Of a stretch of 64,000 nt of DNA, positions 1 through 12,105 are shown piece by piece. The stretch spans positions 83,826,001 through 83,890,000 of the forward strand of contig NC_086108.1 in the NCBI RefSeq assembly GCF_963921235.1, written 5' to 3'. The stretch's first letter is position 1. The number at the start of each line of letters is the position of its first letter. This DNA is from Mobula hypostoma. Its lineage: Eukaryota. A program made the position numbers and the translations under genes. Under the pieces are notes generated by a model. That model was not told the DNA's origin, did not search any database, and saw only the letters and a program-made list of their open reading frames with translations.

Positions 1-540
1 ATAGACCCACCGTAGATCTCCCAGTGCATCATAGCAGTGATGGAAACTGCTCTATCAGGATTGCAAGAAGATTGCAGAGTGTTGAATTTACTATCCTATC
101 CATTAAAAAGACTAATTTCACCTCCAATGATTCTGTCTGCAGTTCTCACTGCCTTGGGAAGGCAGCCAACGTAACCAAAGACCCTTCCCACCCTGGCCAT
201 CCTCTCTTCCATCAGGCAGAATATACAAAAGTCTGAGAATATGTGTCACTGAAGTCAAGGACAGCTATCCTGCTGTTATATACTGTATGTAACTCATAAA
301 GGAACCTTTTATATGCTAAAGATGAACTCTTCATCTCTCAATCTTTCAATAAAATGCTCTTACGTTTTATTTGCCTACCTGCGCTGAACTTTCTCTGTAG
401 CTGTAACATTATTTTTTGCATTTTTTTAATCTTTTGCACTACCTTGATGTATTTGTGCATGGAATGAACTGTTTGGATGGCATGCAGACCAATGCTTTTC
501 CCTGTATCCCAGTATATGTGACAGTGATAAACCAATTACC
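1..540 (+). mobile_element. Decayed Rex/Babar- or L2-like LINE 3' portion
   Basis: ORF 24..236 contains KDPSHPGHPLF, a motif that recurs in the RT C-termini of the other Rex-like copies here; an AT-rich tail with AATAAA-like signal follows. Confidence 0.55.
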
Positions 541-649
541 TGAAGGAATTGTCATACAACTGTTAGTTTTCAATGCCAGAGAGGTTGTTTATCAGTAACT
601 AACAATTTAACACACCATGCCATCAAAGGACACGGAATGAAAATTTTTA

Positions 650-930
650 TTTTATTTTTATTTAGAGATACAGCCAGAGTAGGCCCTTCCACCCCTTCGA
701 GCTGAGTTGCACAAGCAACCCCCAACAACCCCAATTTAACCTTTGTCTAATGATGGTACAATTTGCAATGACCAATAAACCTACCCAGTGTGTCTCTGGA
801 CTGTGGGAAGAAACTGGAGCACCTAAGGAAAACCCCACACATTCCAGGGTGAGGACGTACAGAGACTTCTGACACAGGACATTGAAATTGAACTCCGAAC
901 TCCACCATCCCAAATTGTAATAGCATTGCA
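650..930 (-). mobile_element. HE1-like V-SINE
   Basis: V-domain-like segment (ggactgtgggaagaaactggagcacc...gaaaacccc on +) plus a CR1-like tail; similar to the copy at 35436. Confidence 0.7.
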
Positions 931-1674
931 CACTTTGTGCACTTTACACTAAGCTGGCTTCTTGTGGTGAGTTGCATTCATTTTTATCACACAGAAAGAT
1001 TAAGTTTAATGTATTTCAATCGAGAGCCAGAAAGCAGTATGTCATGCAAATTGTAGAGGAATGTTTGGACATTTAGCGAAAGGAAACAAAGGTGCCTTCC
1101 AAGTTGTCTTTAAAATACTTTATAGCTAATGTTGTATGCTGAAATGGAGCCAAGTTTCTAATATCAGTTAGCCTTGAGGGATAAATCAGACATGACGGAA
1201 TGGCAGAACAGACTCGATGGGCCAAATGGACTAATTCTGCTCCTATGCCTTCTGGTCTTCTGGTCTTAAAAGGTGAATAAAGGGATCAGAGATTGCACAG
1301 AGACAAACACAGAAAACATATTAAAGGAAAGTAGTATAGGAAAGAGAAGTACAATTACATTATGTTTTGTCTTCCTTACTATTGGGAACTATGTTTAGTG
1401 ATATAAATCTGATTCTTATGAATGTGGGTTTGGACCATTAACTTCAGCTTGGAGCATTGCTCTTATCCTTTAGTAGGATAACAGGGACCTCATAATCTAT
1501 TTCGTTATTACCTTGCACCTTATTGTCTAGCTGCACTGCATTTCCGTGTAAGTATCACACTGTAATAGTTTTCCCTCCTACCACCTAAATGCACTGTTGG
1601 AATTAATTGATATGGATGCAAGATAAGTTTTCACTACTTTGGACGTATGGCAATAATAAACCAAATTACCAATT

Positions 1675-1854
1675 CAACAGGAATTCTGCAGATGCTGGAA
1701 ATTCAAGCAACACACATCAAAGTTGCTGGTGAACGCAGCAGGCCACGCAGCATCTCTAGGAAGGGTCCTGACGAAGGGTCTCGGCCTGAAACGTCGACTG
1801 TACCTCTTCCTAGAGATGCTGCCTGGCCTGCTGCGTTCACCAGCAACTTTGATG
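1675..1854. mobile_element. Fold-back Penelope pLTR-derived mini-element with central hammerhead
   Basis: Inverted arms 1715-1763 and 1806-1854 match 48/49. 1765-1854 matches the Penelope 3' end 53199-53288 at 89/90. Flanking repeats caaattaccaatt (1662-1674) and caaattagcaatt (1855-1867). Confidence 0.9.
1764..1799 (+). ncRNA. Minimal type I hammerhead ribozyme
   Basis: CTGACGA (1768-1774), stem II agg...cct, GAAAC (1788-1792), GTC with predicted cleavage after 1795; stem I ggtc/gact. Confidence 0.85.
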
Positions 1855-2489
1855 CAAATTAGCAATTTATCAGTTTATTAATTCACCAGACTGAATAATG
1901 GCCCTGTACTTGGAAATGTACATTCATCTAAGTCCTGTCTCACTTAAAACATTGCTCAGTAGCTGAAAGGATGAAAGGAATAAATTCTACAGCCAATAAT
2001 AAGAGGACAGTGAATTTTAAAACAAATACAAATTTCCAAGCTTAGTAAGAAGGCTTTCAAAGATCGGGCTCTAAATATCCTCTTCATGCCATGGTTTGGA
2101 AAATCCCCCTGGAGCATCAGACAAGATTATATCATTGCCCAACACTTTTGTCAAACTTTCTTGCTGCAGTGTTATACCTCACCTCCAACTAACGTCCCCT
2201 GGCAGTGGTGATAAACTTCAGGGCCAATGGGCAACTGTTCAATCTACAATCCAGAATCAAGTGTACCCAAACCTCATTAGCTCTTGATGCTTATGTTTGT
2301 AAATCCTTAAAGGTTAAGCCATTGTCATCTTGTTCACTTTAAGATTGTGGGCCCTACATACAATAGCTTCCAAGACCAGCCATCTTAACCAGCTCATCCC
2401 TACTGACCCCCGCTGTTCTCCCACAATTAAGGCTCATGGAGAAAAAGCCTCTCATATATTAGGAGACACTTCTTGGTGAAAGCCTTTAG

Positions 2490-2950
2490 AATCAGAATCA
2501 GGTTTTAATATATAAACAATATATTAAAATTACTAAAACTTACAATATAAAATATTAAAAAAATTAAAAATAGTGAAAAAACAGAGCAAGATCGTGAGGT
2601 ACTATTTATGGATTCATGGACCATTCGGAAATCTGTTGGCAGAAGGGAAGAAAAGTTCCTAAAACATTGAATCTCTGTCTCCAGGCTCCTTCGTCTCCGT
2701 TTTGGTGGTAGCAATGAGAAGAGGGCATATTCTAGGTGGTGGGGTTCCTTCATGATGGGTTGCATCTGAATTACAAATATTTAAGGCAGAGGTAGATAGC
2801 TTCTTGATTGGTCAGGGTATAAAGAGACACAGGGCGAAGGTAGGAGATTGGGGCTGAGAGGAATAATGGATCAGCCATGATGAAATGGTGGAGCAGACTC
2901 AATGAGTCAAATTGCCTTATTCTGCTCCAATATCTTATGGTCTTATGGTC
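2490..2950. mobile_element. Rex-like LINE 3' end (-) followed by CR1 3' end (+)
   Basis: (agaatc)n tail and the peptide EPHHLEYALFSLLP on -; 2775-2950 is a CR1 3'UTR ending ctgctccaatatcttatggtcttatggtc. Confidence 0.6.
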
Positions 2951-3644
2951 ATATTTACTTTTACACACTTTACTACATGATGTGGATTGCTTCCTGGACC
3001 CATAACCTGTGGCTCCCACCAGACTAGAATCAGTGGACCCATCTGCCAAAAGGCTATCTCAACAGCTTTTGCACTTTTGAGTTAGGTGCCAAATGTCCCC
3101 AATCTGATGAGGTGGTGAGTGACGGATACGGCGCCTTCTGTTACCCAGTGGTCTCAGATCCCCATACTCGGGAGCAGAGGAGTGAAAGTCCAACACTCAC
3201 TGAAGACCCAACAGCTGTAAGTCACTGGTTTGACTGGAACGCCAGTCGGTAAGATTAGAATCCGAATCAGATCACTTTATTGCCAGTATGTTAAACATTC
3301 TAGAATTGATGTGGTTTGGTACCAAGCATAAGGCACAGGACAAATCCATAAGAGACAAGACAATAGCAACCAACAATTTACATGTCAGTAGTGCAAACAG
3401 CCACGAGCAATCAACAATTAGCAGAATGGTCACGTGCAAATGTCAATAATCAAACTTAAATAAATGTGAATATATGAACAGACTCAATAATTATCAACAG
3501 GACAAGGAGAGCAGGAAAGACCATTTTCCAGATGTGCGGGGATGGTTAGGGTACTACGCCTGATTGAGTTTTGCTAAGAAACTGGATGGTGACAGACTTG
3601 CAGCTTCTCTGTCAGTTGTTGTTAACAGGCTTGGTCATAAAATC

Positions 3645-4510
3645 CCCACAAAACTAATCAATAAGCTCCAAGACCCAGGCCTCGATACCGCTTTGTCCAA
3701 TTGGATCCTCTATTTCCTTACTTGTAGTCAGTCCGGATTGATGGCAACATCTACTTCACAATCACCATCAGCACAGGTTATCAGAAGGTTGCACGCTTAT
3801 CCTCCTGCTCTACTCATTTTATATTGTGAGATTAAGTACAGCTCCAATGCCATATTTAGGTTTCCTGATACACTACTGTTATTGGCCAAATCAAAGGTGA
3901 CGATGTGTCTTCATACAGAAAGGAGATTGAAAATCTGTTTGAATGGTGCCACAATAACAACCTTTCACTTAACGGCAGCCAAACCAAAGAGCTGATTATT
4001 GACTACGGGAGAGAGAACCAGAGGTCCATGAGCTAGTGCTCATTATGCTGAAGAGGGACAGCAACTTTAAATTCCTTGGCAGATTCAGAATGAAACTAAG
4101 CCATTGACAAACCTCTATAGATGCACAGTGGAGAGTATCCTGACTGGATGCAGCATGGCCTGACATGGAAAGAACAATGCCCAAGAACAGGAAGACTTAC
4201 AAAAAGTGGTGGGTGCAGCCCAGTCCATCAGAGGAAAAGCCCTCCCCACCATTGAGCACATCTGCAAAAAAAAACACCACTAGAAAACTGTATCCAACAT
4301 CAACAGCCCCCATCATCCAGGCCATGTTGTCTTCTCACTGCTGCCATCGGGAATGAGGTTCAGAAACCTCAGTATCCTTACCACCAGATTTAGGAACAGT
4401 TATTACCTTTCAATCATCAGGCTCCTCAAACCTTCACACCTCAACAGTGAACTGATTGCACAATATATGGACCCACTTTCAAGGACTCTACAACTCATGT
4501 TACTAGTATA
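3645..4510 (+). mobile_element. Decayed Rex1/Babar-type LINE RT fragment
   Basis: Peptides PTKLINKLQDPGLDTALSNWIL and TTRFRNSYYLSIIRLL, with frameshifts. Confidence 0.75.
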
Positions 4511-4514
4511 TTTA

Positions 4515-5243
4515 ATGTTGCTAAAACAAAGGAGCTGGTTGTGGACTACAGGAGGAATGGAGAGGGGCTAACCCCTATAGACATCAATGGATCTGGGGTT
4601 GAGAGGGTGAACAGCTTTATGTTCCTCAACATCCACATCACCGAGGAACTCACGTGGTCTGTACACACCAGCTGTGTGGTGAGAAAGCACAACAGCGCCT
4701 CTTTCACCTCAGACGGTTGAGGATGTTTGGTATGGGGCCCCAAATCCTAAGAACTTTCTACAGGGGCACAACTGAGAGCATCCTGACTGGCAGCATCACT
4801 GCCTGGTATGGAAACTTAACCTCCCCTAATCGCAGGTGTCTGCAGAGAGTGGTGCGGACAGCCCAGCGCATCTGTAGTTGTGAACTTCCCATGATTCAGG
4901 ATATTTACAAAGACAGGTGTGAGAAAATGGCCCAAAGGATCATTAGGGACCCGAGTCACCCCAACCACAATCTATTCCAGCTGCTACCATCCGGAAAACG
5001 GTACCACAGCATAAAACCCAGGACCAACAGGCTCCGGGACAGCTTCTTCCACCAGGCCATCAGACTGATTAACTCACATTGATTTGAGTGCACTTCTAAG
5101 TTACATTGACTGTTCTATTTATTATAAATTATTATAAATCACTATGATTGCACATTGCACATTTAGACAGAGTCGTAATGCAAAGATTTTTACTCCCCAT
5201 GTATGTGAAGGATGTAAGAAATAAAGTCAATTCATTCATTCAT
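4515..5243 (+). mobile_element. Younger 5'-truncated Rex1/Babar LINE
   Basis: ORF 4654..5082 (ESILTGSITAWYGN...DPSHPNHNLFQLLPSGKRY...SFFHQAIRLIN); ends aataaagtcaattcattcattcatt. Confidence 0.85.
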
Positions 5244-5736
5244 TATATTTTTTTCTCAGCTCAAGCTGGTAAAACCTGAGGTATAGACATAGCCAAGCAC
5301 ACTCATTTCTCAATTACTAGGAACCTTCAGACTATTCTAGTGGTGGTTAGCATTGTGGCTTTCTGGAGATTTTCATAAATATTGCTGTGTAGACTTACAG
5401 TAATTATATAATGATATTTTGCAGTGACTTTGGAATGATACCAGTTGAAGATACTACCAATTGGAAAAATTATATCCTGTTCATGCTCCATAGTCTTTCA
5501 ATTTCCTCTTCCAATTCAGCATATTTCTAGTGTTTTTCACTCATTGATTTCTGTATGTTAAGCATGTTTGAAATGGCTATATCTATGAAGTAAGTTGTTC
5601 TTGCTTGCTTATCCTGTAATATTGTATCTGGATGGTTATTATGGATTGTTCTGTCTGTAGTAATGAATTGGTATTTATTGGACTCTGCGTCTAAAACTGG
5701 ATCGGGCTTCGATTTGTCGTAAGATATGGTGTCTTT

Positions 5737-6092
5737 TACGAGGGGTGATTGATAAGTTCATGGCCTAAGGTAGAATGAGTCAATTTTAGAAAAGGTAGCA
5801 CATTTATTTTTCCTACATTTACACACCTAGTCCAGCGGTCGTGGAGCATATGGATCCCTTCTTCGTAGAAGTCGGCGTCTTGGACCTCCAGAAGTGGTCC
5901 ACAGCACGAGTGATTGATAAGTTTGTGGCCTAAGGTAGAAGGAGATGAGTTATTAACTTCAAGCTTTCTGCATAATCACTCGAAGAGTTGAACTGTACGT
6001 GCATGTAAGGAGAGCGGTATAATTCATCTCCTATCTTAAGCCACGAACTTATCATTCACCCCTGCTGTGGACCACCTGGAGATCCAAGACGC
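5737..6092 (-). mobile_element. Mariner-derived non-autonomous element with internal inverted duplication
   Basis: TA followed by CGAGGGGTGATTGATAAGT TIR-like end. Minus strand ~5815-5882 encodes QDADFYEEGIHMLHDRWTRCV, matching the mariner C-terminal FYxxGIxxLxxRWxxC. Inverted arms ~5875-5953 and ~6019-6092. Confidence 0.85.
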
Positions 6093-6764
6093 TCTGGTCT
6101 TAGCAAGTTAGTAAATTATCGAACTTACTTTGAACATTGATTTAATTGCTTTAGCTTTACTGATAAAGGAGCATATAATTTCAACGTTCATGTATAGAAG
6201 GTGTGTCAAGGTATAATTTGGTTGTCTCTGGTTTGATCGATACTCTATTTTCGTGGGATTCAGTAAATTATTATTATGATTTATATTTGCAAAGATTGTC
6301 TTCTTTTGCACATTGTTTGTCATTCTTTGTGTAGCTTTTCATTGATTCTGTCGTATTTCTTTGTTCTACTATGAATGCCTGCAAGAAAATGAATCTCGGG
6401 ATAGTATATGGTGACATACAATATATGTACTTTGATAATAGACTTATTTTGAACTTCGAGCTTTAAAATGAGCTTGCAGACAGATATTTGGACACACCAG
6501 TAATGACAAGCACTTTCTCCATCTTCTCTTCATGCAACTTGGGCATAATATTTGGTTCTTTTCTTTCTCGTCACAGTATGCGGCTTCTAAAATGCATGAA
6601 TACTGTTTGTCTCCAACCACTCTCTGGATGCAGATAGTTTGCTGAATTCTCTGCGGCATCATGGAAATGTGACTTTTTCAGGAGGCTGTTCGCAGTAAGC
6701 CACCCCCGTCCCCCGGGTCAGCAGTGTCATTGTGGTTGTTGTAACATCAGCAGAAACGAGAATG

Positions 6765-6821
6765 TGACGTCCACACTCCCGGTCTCTTGTCACCTGCAGC
6801 AGTCCAATTCTGATTTAAAAA
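6765..6821 (+). promoter_or_regulatory. Candidate ptger4c proximal promoter
   Basis: TGACGTCC (CRE-like, 6765-6772), CCAAT (6804-6808) and TTTAAAAA (6814-6821), at the edge of a CpG-rich region about 200 bp before the ATG. Confidence 0.45.
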
Positions 6822-7015
6822 TGAGAGCGCGCTGTGGGCGAGACAGAGAGAGAGAGTCAGCGCACCCGTGAGTGCCGCGGGAGAGCCAGGGAGAGAGCAG
6901 GCAAAGATTTTACCCTTTGAGTGTGTGTCTCTCTCTCTGTGTGCGGGTCCTGGGCAGCCAGATAGCCGGGAATTCACCCTTCGCCTGTGGTTTTAAGCAT
7001 CTTGCTCCGGGGAGA

Positions 7016-7846
7016 ATGTCGGCAGTGATGCTGCCCGAGTCTCTCAACCTTTCGAGCTGGGAAGAAGTTAATGGCACCTCGGCTAATGCCTCTGCAGTGT
7101 CTTTGAACATCAGGTCCAGCCAGGTTATCACCCCGGCCAGCATGTTCGCCGTCGGGGTGGTGGGGAACCTCATCGCCATCGTGGTGCTGTGCGTCTCCAA
7201 GAAGGAGCAGAAGGAAAGCACCTTCTACACCCTGGTGTGCGGACTGGCCGTCACCGACCTGCTGGGCACCTGCTGCACCAGCCCGCTGGTGATCGCCACC
7301 TACTTGACCCAGCAGTGGCCCGGAGGACAACCGCTCTGTCACTTCTTCTCCTTCTCCATGCTCTTCTTCGGCTCGGCCGGCATGACAATCCTGTGCACCA
7401 TGTCCATCGAACGCTACCTGGCCATCAACCACGCCTTCTTCTACAGCCAGTACATCGACAAGGGGATGGCCAGGATAGCTCTGATGGGAGCCTACTTGCT
7501 CAACCTGGTCTTCTGCATCCTGCCCTTCTTCGGTCTGGGGAGGAACGCCAGGCATTTCCCCGGCACCTGGTGCTTCCTGGACTGGCGAGCCAACAGCACG
7601 GTGTGCGCCACCTATACCTACATGTACGGGGGCTTCAGCGCTTTGCTGATCCTGGTCACAGTTCTGTGCAACCTGTGCGTCTGCGCCACCCTCATCAGCA
7701 TGAGGAAGAAGTCCGTGGGGACGGCCACGGGAAGCTCGAGGGGTCGCCGCTTCCCCAACCTAGCCGCGTCCGCCGCCGAGATGCAGATGTTCTGGCTGCT
7801 GGTTTTCATGACCATCGTCTTCCTGGTCTGTTCCATCCCTCTGGTG
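7016..7846 (+). CDS. ptger4c: Prostaglandin E2 receptor EP4-like (EP4c paralog), coding exon 1 (TM1-TM6)
   Basis: EP4 signatures GVVGNLIAIVVL, KKEQKESTFYTLVCGLAVTDLLGT, ERYLAINH, PGTWCF, CSIPLV. Phase-0 donor GTG|GTAAGC at 7846/7847, the conserved prostanoid-receptor intron. HFFSFSMLFFGSAGM resembles fish ptger4c rather than canonical PTGER4 (from memory). Confidence 0.92.
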
Positions 7847-8204
7847 GTAAGCAAGGCAGGGCGAGCAAGGGAAATAAAAGGCGGCAAGGAACAGTGGAGA
7901 GCTTCTGCCTGACTACGAATGGAAAAAGCTTTCCACTGCCTTGAGTACGAAGGGGTACCGGGCAGATTTAGAAGTGCGAACTTCGTTGACTTTCTAGCCA
8001 GACAAAAAGGAACAAACTTTTCATTCAGGTTTTATTTCTGCATTTAAAGTCATTTATCCCGTGTCACTTTTCGCTTAAAAATTAATTTAAGACATTTTCA
8101 AATTGTCTTTTTTCACAGTTTTTAATCTGTTAAGTATTGGTCCTTCGGTATGATGGGACTGATCTTAAGTAGACATCAGTATGGTGGGACCGATCTTAAA
8201 TGGG

Positions 8205-9033
8205 CATATAAATGACAGATGGAATACAGTGCCGGGAAGTGTACGGTCATGCACTTTGGTAGAAGAAATGAAATAGCTGACTATTTTCTAAATGGAGAGA
8301 AAATACAAAAAGAACTGAGGCATAAAGGGACTTGGGAGCCCTTGTGCAGAATCCCCTAAAAGTTAATTTGTAAGTTGAGTCTGTGGTGAGGAAATGCAAC
8401 ACTAGTATTCATTTTAAGAGGACTAGAATATAAAAGTAAGGATGTAATGTTGAGGCTTTATAAAGCACTAGTGAGGCCTACTGTGAGTAGATTTGGGCCC
8501 TTTATCTCAAAAGGAATGTGCTGCAACTGGAGAGAGTTCAAAGGAGGTTCACAAAAATGATTTCAGGATTGAATGGCTTGTCATATGAAGAGTGTTAGAT
8601 GGCTCAGGGCTTGTATTCACTAGAATTAATAAGAATGAGAGCTCTCCTCATTGAAACCAATCAAGTAGTGAAAGTCCTTGATAGAGTGGATATGGTGAAG
8701 ATGTTTCTTGTGGTAGGAGTGTCTAAGACCAAAGAACACAGACTCAGAATAGAGGGGTGGACTTTTGGAATGGAGATGAGGAGGATTTCCTTAGCCAGAG
8801 AGTGGTGAGTCTGTGGAATTCTTTGCCACAGGCAGTTGTGGAGGCCAAGTCTTTATGTATATTTAAGGCAGAGATTGATAGATTCTTGATTGGTCAGGGC
8901 ATGAAGGGACATGGGGAGAAGGCAGGAGATTGGGGCTGAGAGGAAAATTGGATCAGCCATGATGAAATGGAGGAGCAGACTCGATGGGCCAAAGAGCTTA
9001 ATTCTGCTCCTTTATCTTATGGTCTTATGGTCT
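8205..9033 (+). mobile_element. 5'-truncated CR1 (HER1-like) LINE in the ptger4c intron
   Basis: RT C-terminal peptides (SQRVVSLWNSLPQ); 3' tail ctgctcctttatcttatggtcttatggtctt. Confidence 0.85.
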
Positions 9034-9606
9034 TAATATCTGGTGTTTCAGGAAACAAATAGATTGCTGGCCATTGACTTGGACTTCAGCTAGAAATGCT
9101 CTGCTATGGACAGCATTATTGTGGGAAAGCGCATTCTGTTTCATTCCCCACTGACGCTGCCTGACTAGGCATTTCCAGCACTCTGTGACTTCAACCAGAA
9201 CACTCAAAGTCAATTGCTTTAAATAGAATTGCCACTTGCCAAATTTATATTTGTGAATATCTGACATAAAGATCTTTGAGATAAAATGAGTGTGGTTTTT
9301 GATGGATTATTTTGGTAAATAAACCACTGAACTCCACTTTGAAAACCATTAGCACTTGCTAAATCATGTGGCAAAAGGGCCGCTGCCTATCTATCATAGC
9401 AGGACTTGTAAAAGGCCAAAGTATTGTCAAAGTCAAAATAAGTTCATTATCAATATATGTATATGTCACCATATACCAGCTTGAAATTCATTTTCTTGCA
9501 AGCATTTAAAGGAAAATAAAGAAATACAATAGAATTTACAAAAAACGATACAAAAATAAAAACTGCAAACAACCAATGACAACAAATAGTTGTGCAAAGA
9601 ATATAT

Positions 9607-11065
9607 AGGACACGTTGGGACCAGTACATTTTGGCTCAATTAAGCAGCTGCCTCAATTAGCCAAAGTTTCGTAGAAATAGTTAAAAAGGTATAAAAAGGA
9701 TAAACTACTGTCTAACTGAGTAACAAATTAGGTATTTAAATGAAATACAGAACACATTAGAGCACTACCAATACTACTACAGTACTATAAAATTGTGTAT
9801 TAGTTCCTAATAGTTATCGATGGATGAATTTAGTATAAGCTGCCATGTTCCTTTGATTGACTGTAAATGAACAAAATCAGCACAGACACCTAGTATAGAA
9901 AATAGACTGCCTTTATTAATACTATCAGCATATGTATCCTCAAAATCTTCATTTTCATTGTAACATTCAAGATGATTGTCGATACCTTCAGATTTTTTTG
10001 TAGTTCCTAACTTGCTGAAGCAGGGAAATTGTTTCATTTTCATTCCTGGCCATCCCTGGCATCTTCAAGCCTGGATGCTTGAAACTGCTTTGAGCAAAAT
10101 AGTTCTGAGTTGCCCTACTGCTTATTTGTCACCAACTATCAGTTACGAAAATCACTGTTTTTTGAAGACACAGAACTGTCGCTATTTTAAAAATGTTCAC
10201 TCTAAACATGGTGTAATGAGCCAAGTGCCACATGAGTGAATGAGCCTAACTGCAGTCAGCAACAATCTACTGTCCAATTAAGTGGCAAGTGTCCCAGCCA
10301 AATGGAGGCAGTGGGGTCCGGGCTGGAGAGTGAGGAATGAGCCAATATACGGCCCTTACTAGAGTGGACTTGCTAGTGATTCAATCCTCCAGAACAGAGG
10401 GGAGGCAGTCAAGGTGGAGCCTGGGCCTGGGCCAGAGAATGAGGCAATATCTGAGGTCTGATCAATTTAAGTGCCGGGCTGAATTAAGAATGTGGGAGCC
10501 AGACCCGAGAGCGTACTGAAGCAACAGGGTCCAAGTCTGAGAGCAAAGAACGACCCAATGTTGGGACGATTTAAGCACTGGGCCAGATTGGAAAGGTCAG
10601 GTTGTTGGGCCCAGAGGCAAGGGATGGACCAGTTCAACTCACTGCTCCACAACATTCACTTGGTTCCACACTGAACTGAGGCTGTGGCCTACTCTTGGAT
10701 CAGCTGCAGTGATGCCTGGCTTTATGCCTGTGGATGAACTCACTTTTGTAAACTTCAGTCCTGAATGTAATTTGCTTACTTTTATTGTTTGCACAATTTG
10801 TTTTTTTTTAATTTTCTCTGCACATTGGGGGTTTTACAGTCTTCTTTTTCAAAGGGTTCTATTGGGTTTCTTTGTTTTGTGGCTGTCTGTAAGGAGATGA
10901 ATCAACTTTGTGTAAAATATATATACTTTGATAATAAATTTGTTTTGAACTTCGAGCTTTGAACAGTGAATCTCAAATATTTTCTCGACTAGTTTTTGAG
11001 TTTAAGAGATGTCCCAAATAAGCATCTGTCCCAATTGACTAAAGGCCCAAGTAACGAGACTAGAA
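9607..11065 (-). mobile_element. Tigger/pogo-like DNA transposon remnant, interrupted by a retroposon at ~10300-10960
   Basis: Sub-terminal repeats gggaccagtacattttggctcaattaag and tgtcccaaataag...gtcccaattg; acidic peptide GIDNHLECYNENEDFED in ORF 9807..10043(-). Confidence 0.5.
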
Positions 11066-11454
11066 CCCTTAGGAACACGGCAAAGGAAGTGTTATGTAAC
11101 ATACCAAATCTATGCAAGTGGTGGAAAATGGTGTCTGCCACCATAATTTCTAAATAGATCCTTACAGGAATTGCACTTAAATCATTAATCTTCTCCTCAG
11201 AGCCGTTGTACATGTTCTGGATTTTCTATTAGCATTTTAAAGTTCTTTTAACAAAATAAAGCAGGGCTAAAGCTCCAGTAATGGATCTTATTCTAAGTAA
11301 GGAGCTTAGTTCATCAAGTCAATAACAGGCAAAGCTGGAAATATCCAACAGGTTTATCAGAATCAATGAAGAAGGAAGTGAGTCATATTTCAGATCTGAG
11401 TTTCTGTCAGTCAGGAAAAATTTGCTGGCAACCAACGACTGAAGAAATAGTGAA

Positions 11455-11957
11455 ACTTAGAACATATAATATTACAGCACATTACAGGCCCTTTGGCCCA
11501 TAATGTTGACCTTTTAACCTACTCTAAGATCAATCTAACCCTTCCCTCCTACATATCCCTCCATTTTTCTATCATCCATGTTCCTATCTAAGAGATTCTT
11601 AAATGCTCCTAATGTATCTGTCTCTACCACTACCCATGGCAGGGTGTTACACGCACACACCACTCTCCACTCTCCATATAAAGAACTGACATCTCCCTAT
11701 ACTTTTCACCAATCACTTTAAACTTATGGTGTCCTGCATCAGCCACATCTGCCCTAGGATAAAACCTCTATCTATCTGCTCTATCTACGCCTCTTAACAT
11801 CTTGTACATCTCTATCACGTCACCTCTCATCCTCCTTTGCTCCAAAGAGAAAAGCCTTAGTTTGTTCAACCTCTCCTCATAAGACATGTCCTGTAGTTCA
11901 GGCAGCATCCTGGTAAATCTCCTCCGCACCCTTCTTAAAGTTTCCACGTCCTTCCAG
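11455..11957 (-). mobile_element. CR1 3' fragment in the intron
   Basis: ORF 11768..12055 contains RRFTRMLPEL..MSYEERL..L.LFSLEQRRMRGD. Confidence 0.85.
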
Positions 11958-12105
11958 GGCAATGGAGGATGACACCATTTTCCACAGTACTGCAGCGTTT
12001 TGGTTATTGTGTAAGGGAAGTGACCTTTGCCAGTGTAAAACAAATTTGACTGCATATTGAGACATGTATCCTACATTAACATATTTGTTTTCTTTCTCTA
12101 TTCAG

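Noticed and set aside
1647..1865. Sense and antisense ORFs with near-identical peptides
   Set aside because: An artefact of the inverted repeat.
3105..3190. CTGATGAG as a possible hammerhead core
   Set aside because: No suitably placed GAAA-N-UH or supporting stems.
6872..7015. 48-aa N-terminal extension of the EP4-like ORF
   Set aside because: Starts at a non-ATG codon and crosses (ga)/(ct) simple repeats; more likely 5'UTR. The first in-frame ATG is 7016.
7847..7912. ORF read-through VSKAGRARE...
   Set aside because: Intronic; follows the GTAAGC donor.
6910..7944. Long overlapping sense and antisense ORFs over exon 1
   Set aside because: Shadow ORFs of a GC3-rich coding exon; no independent motifs.
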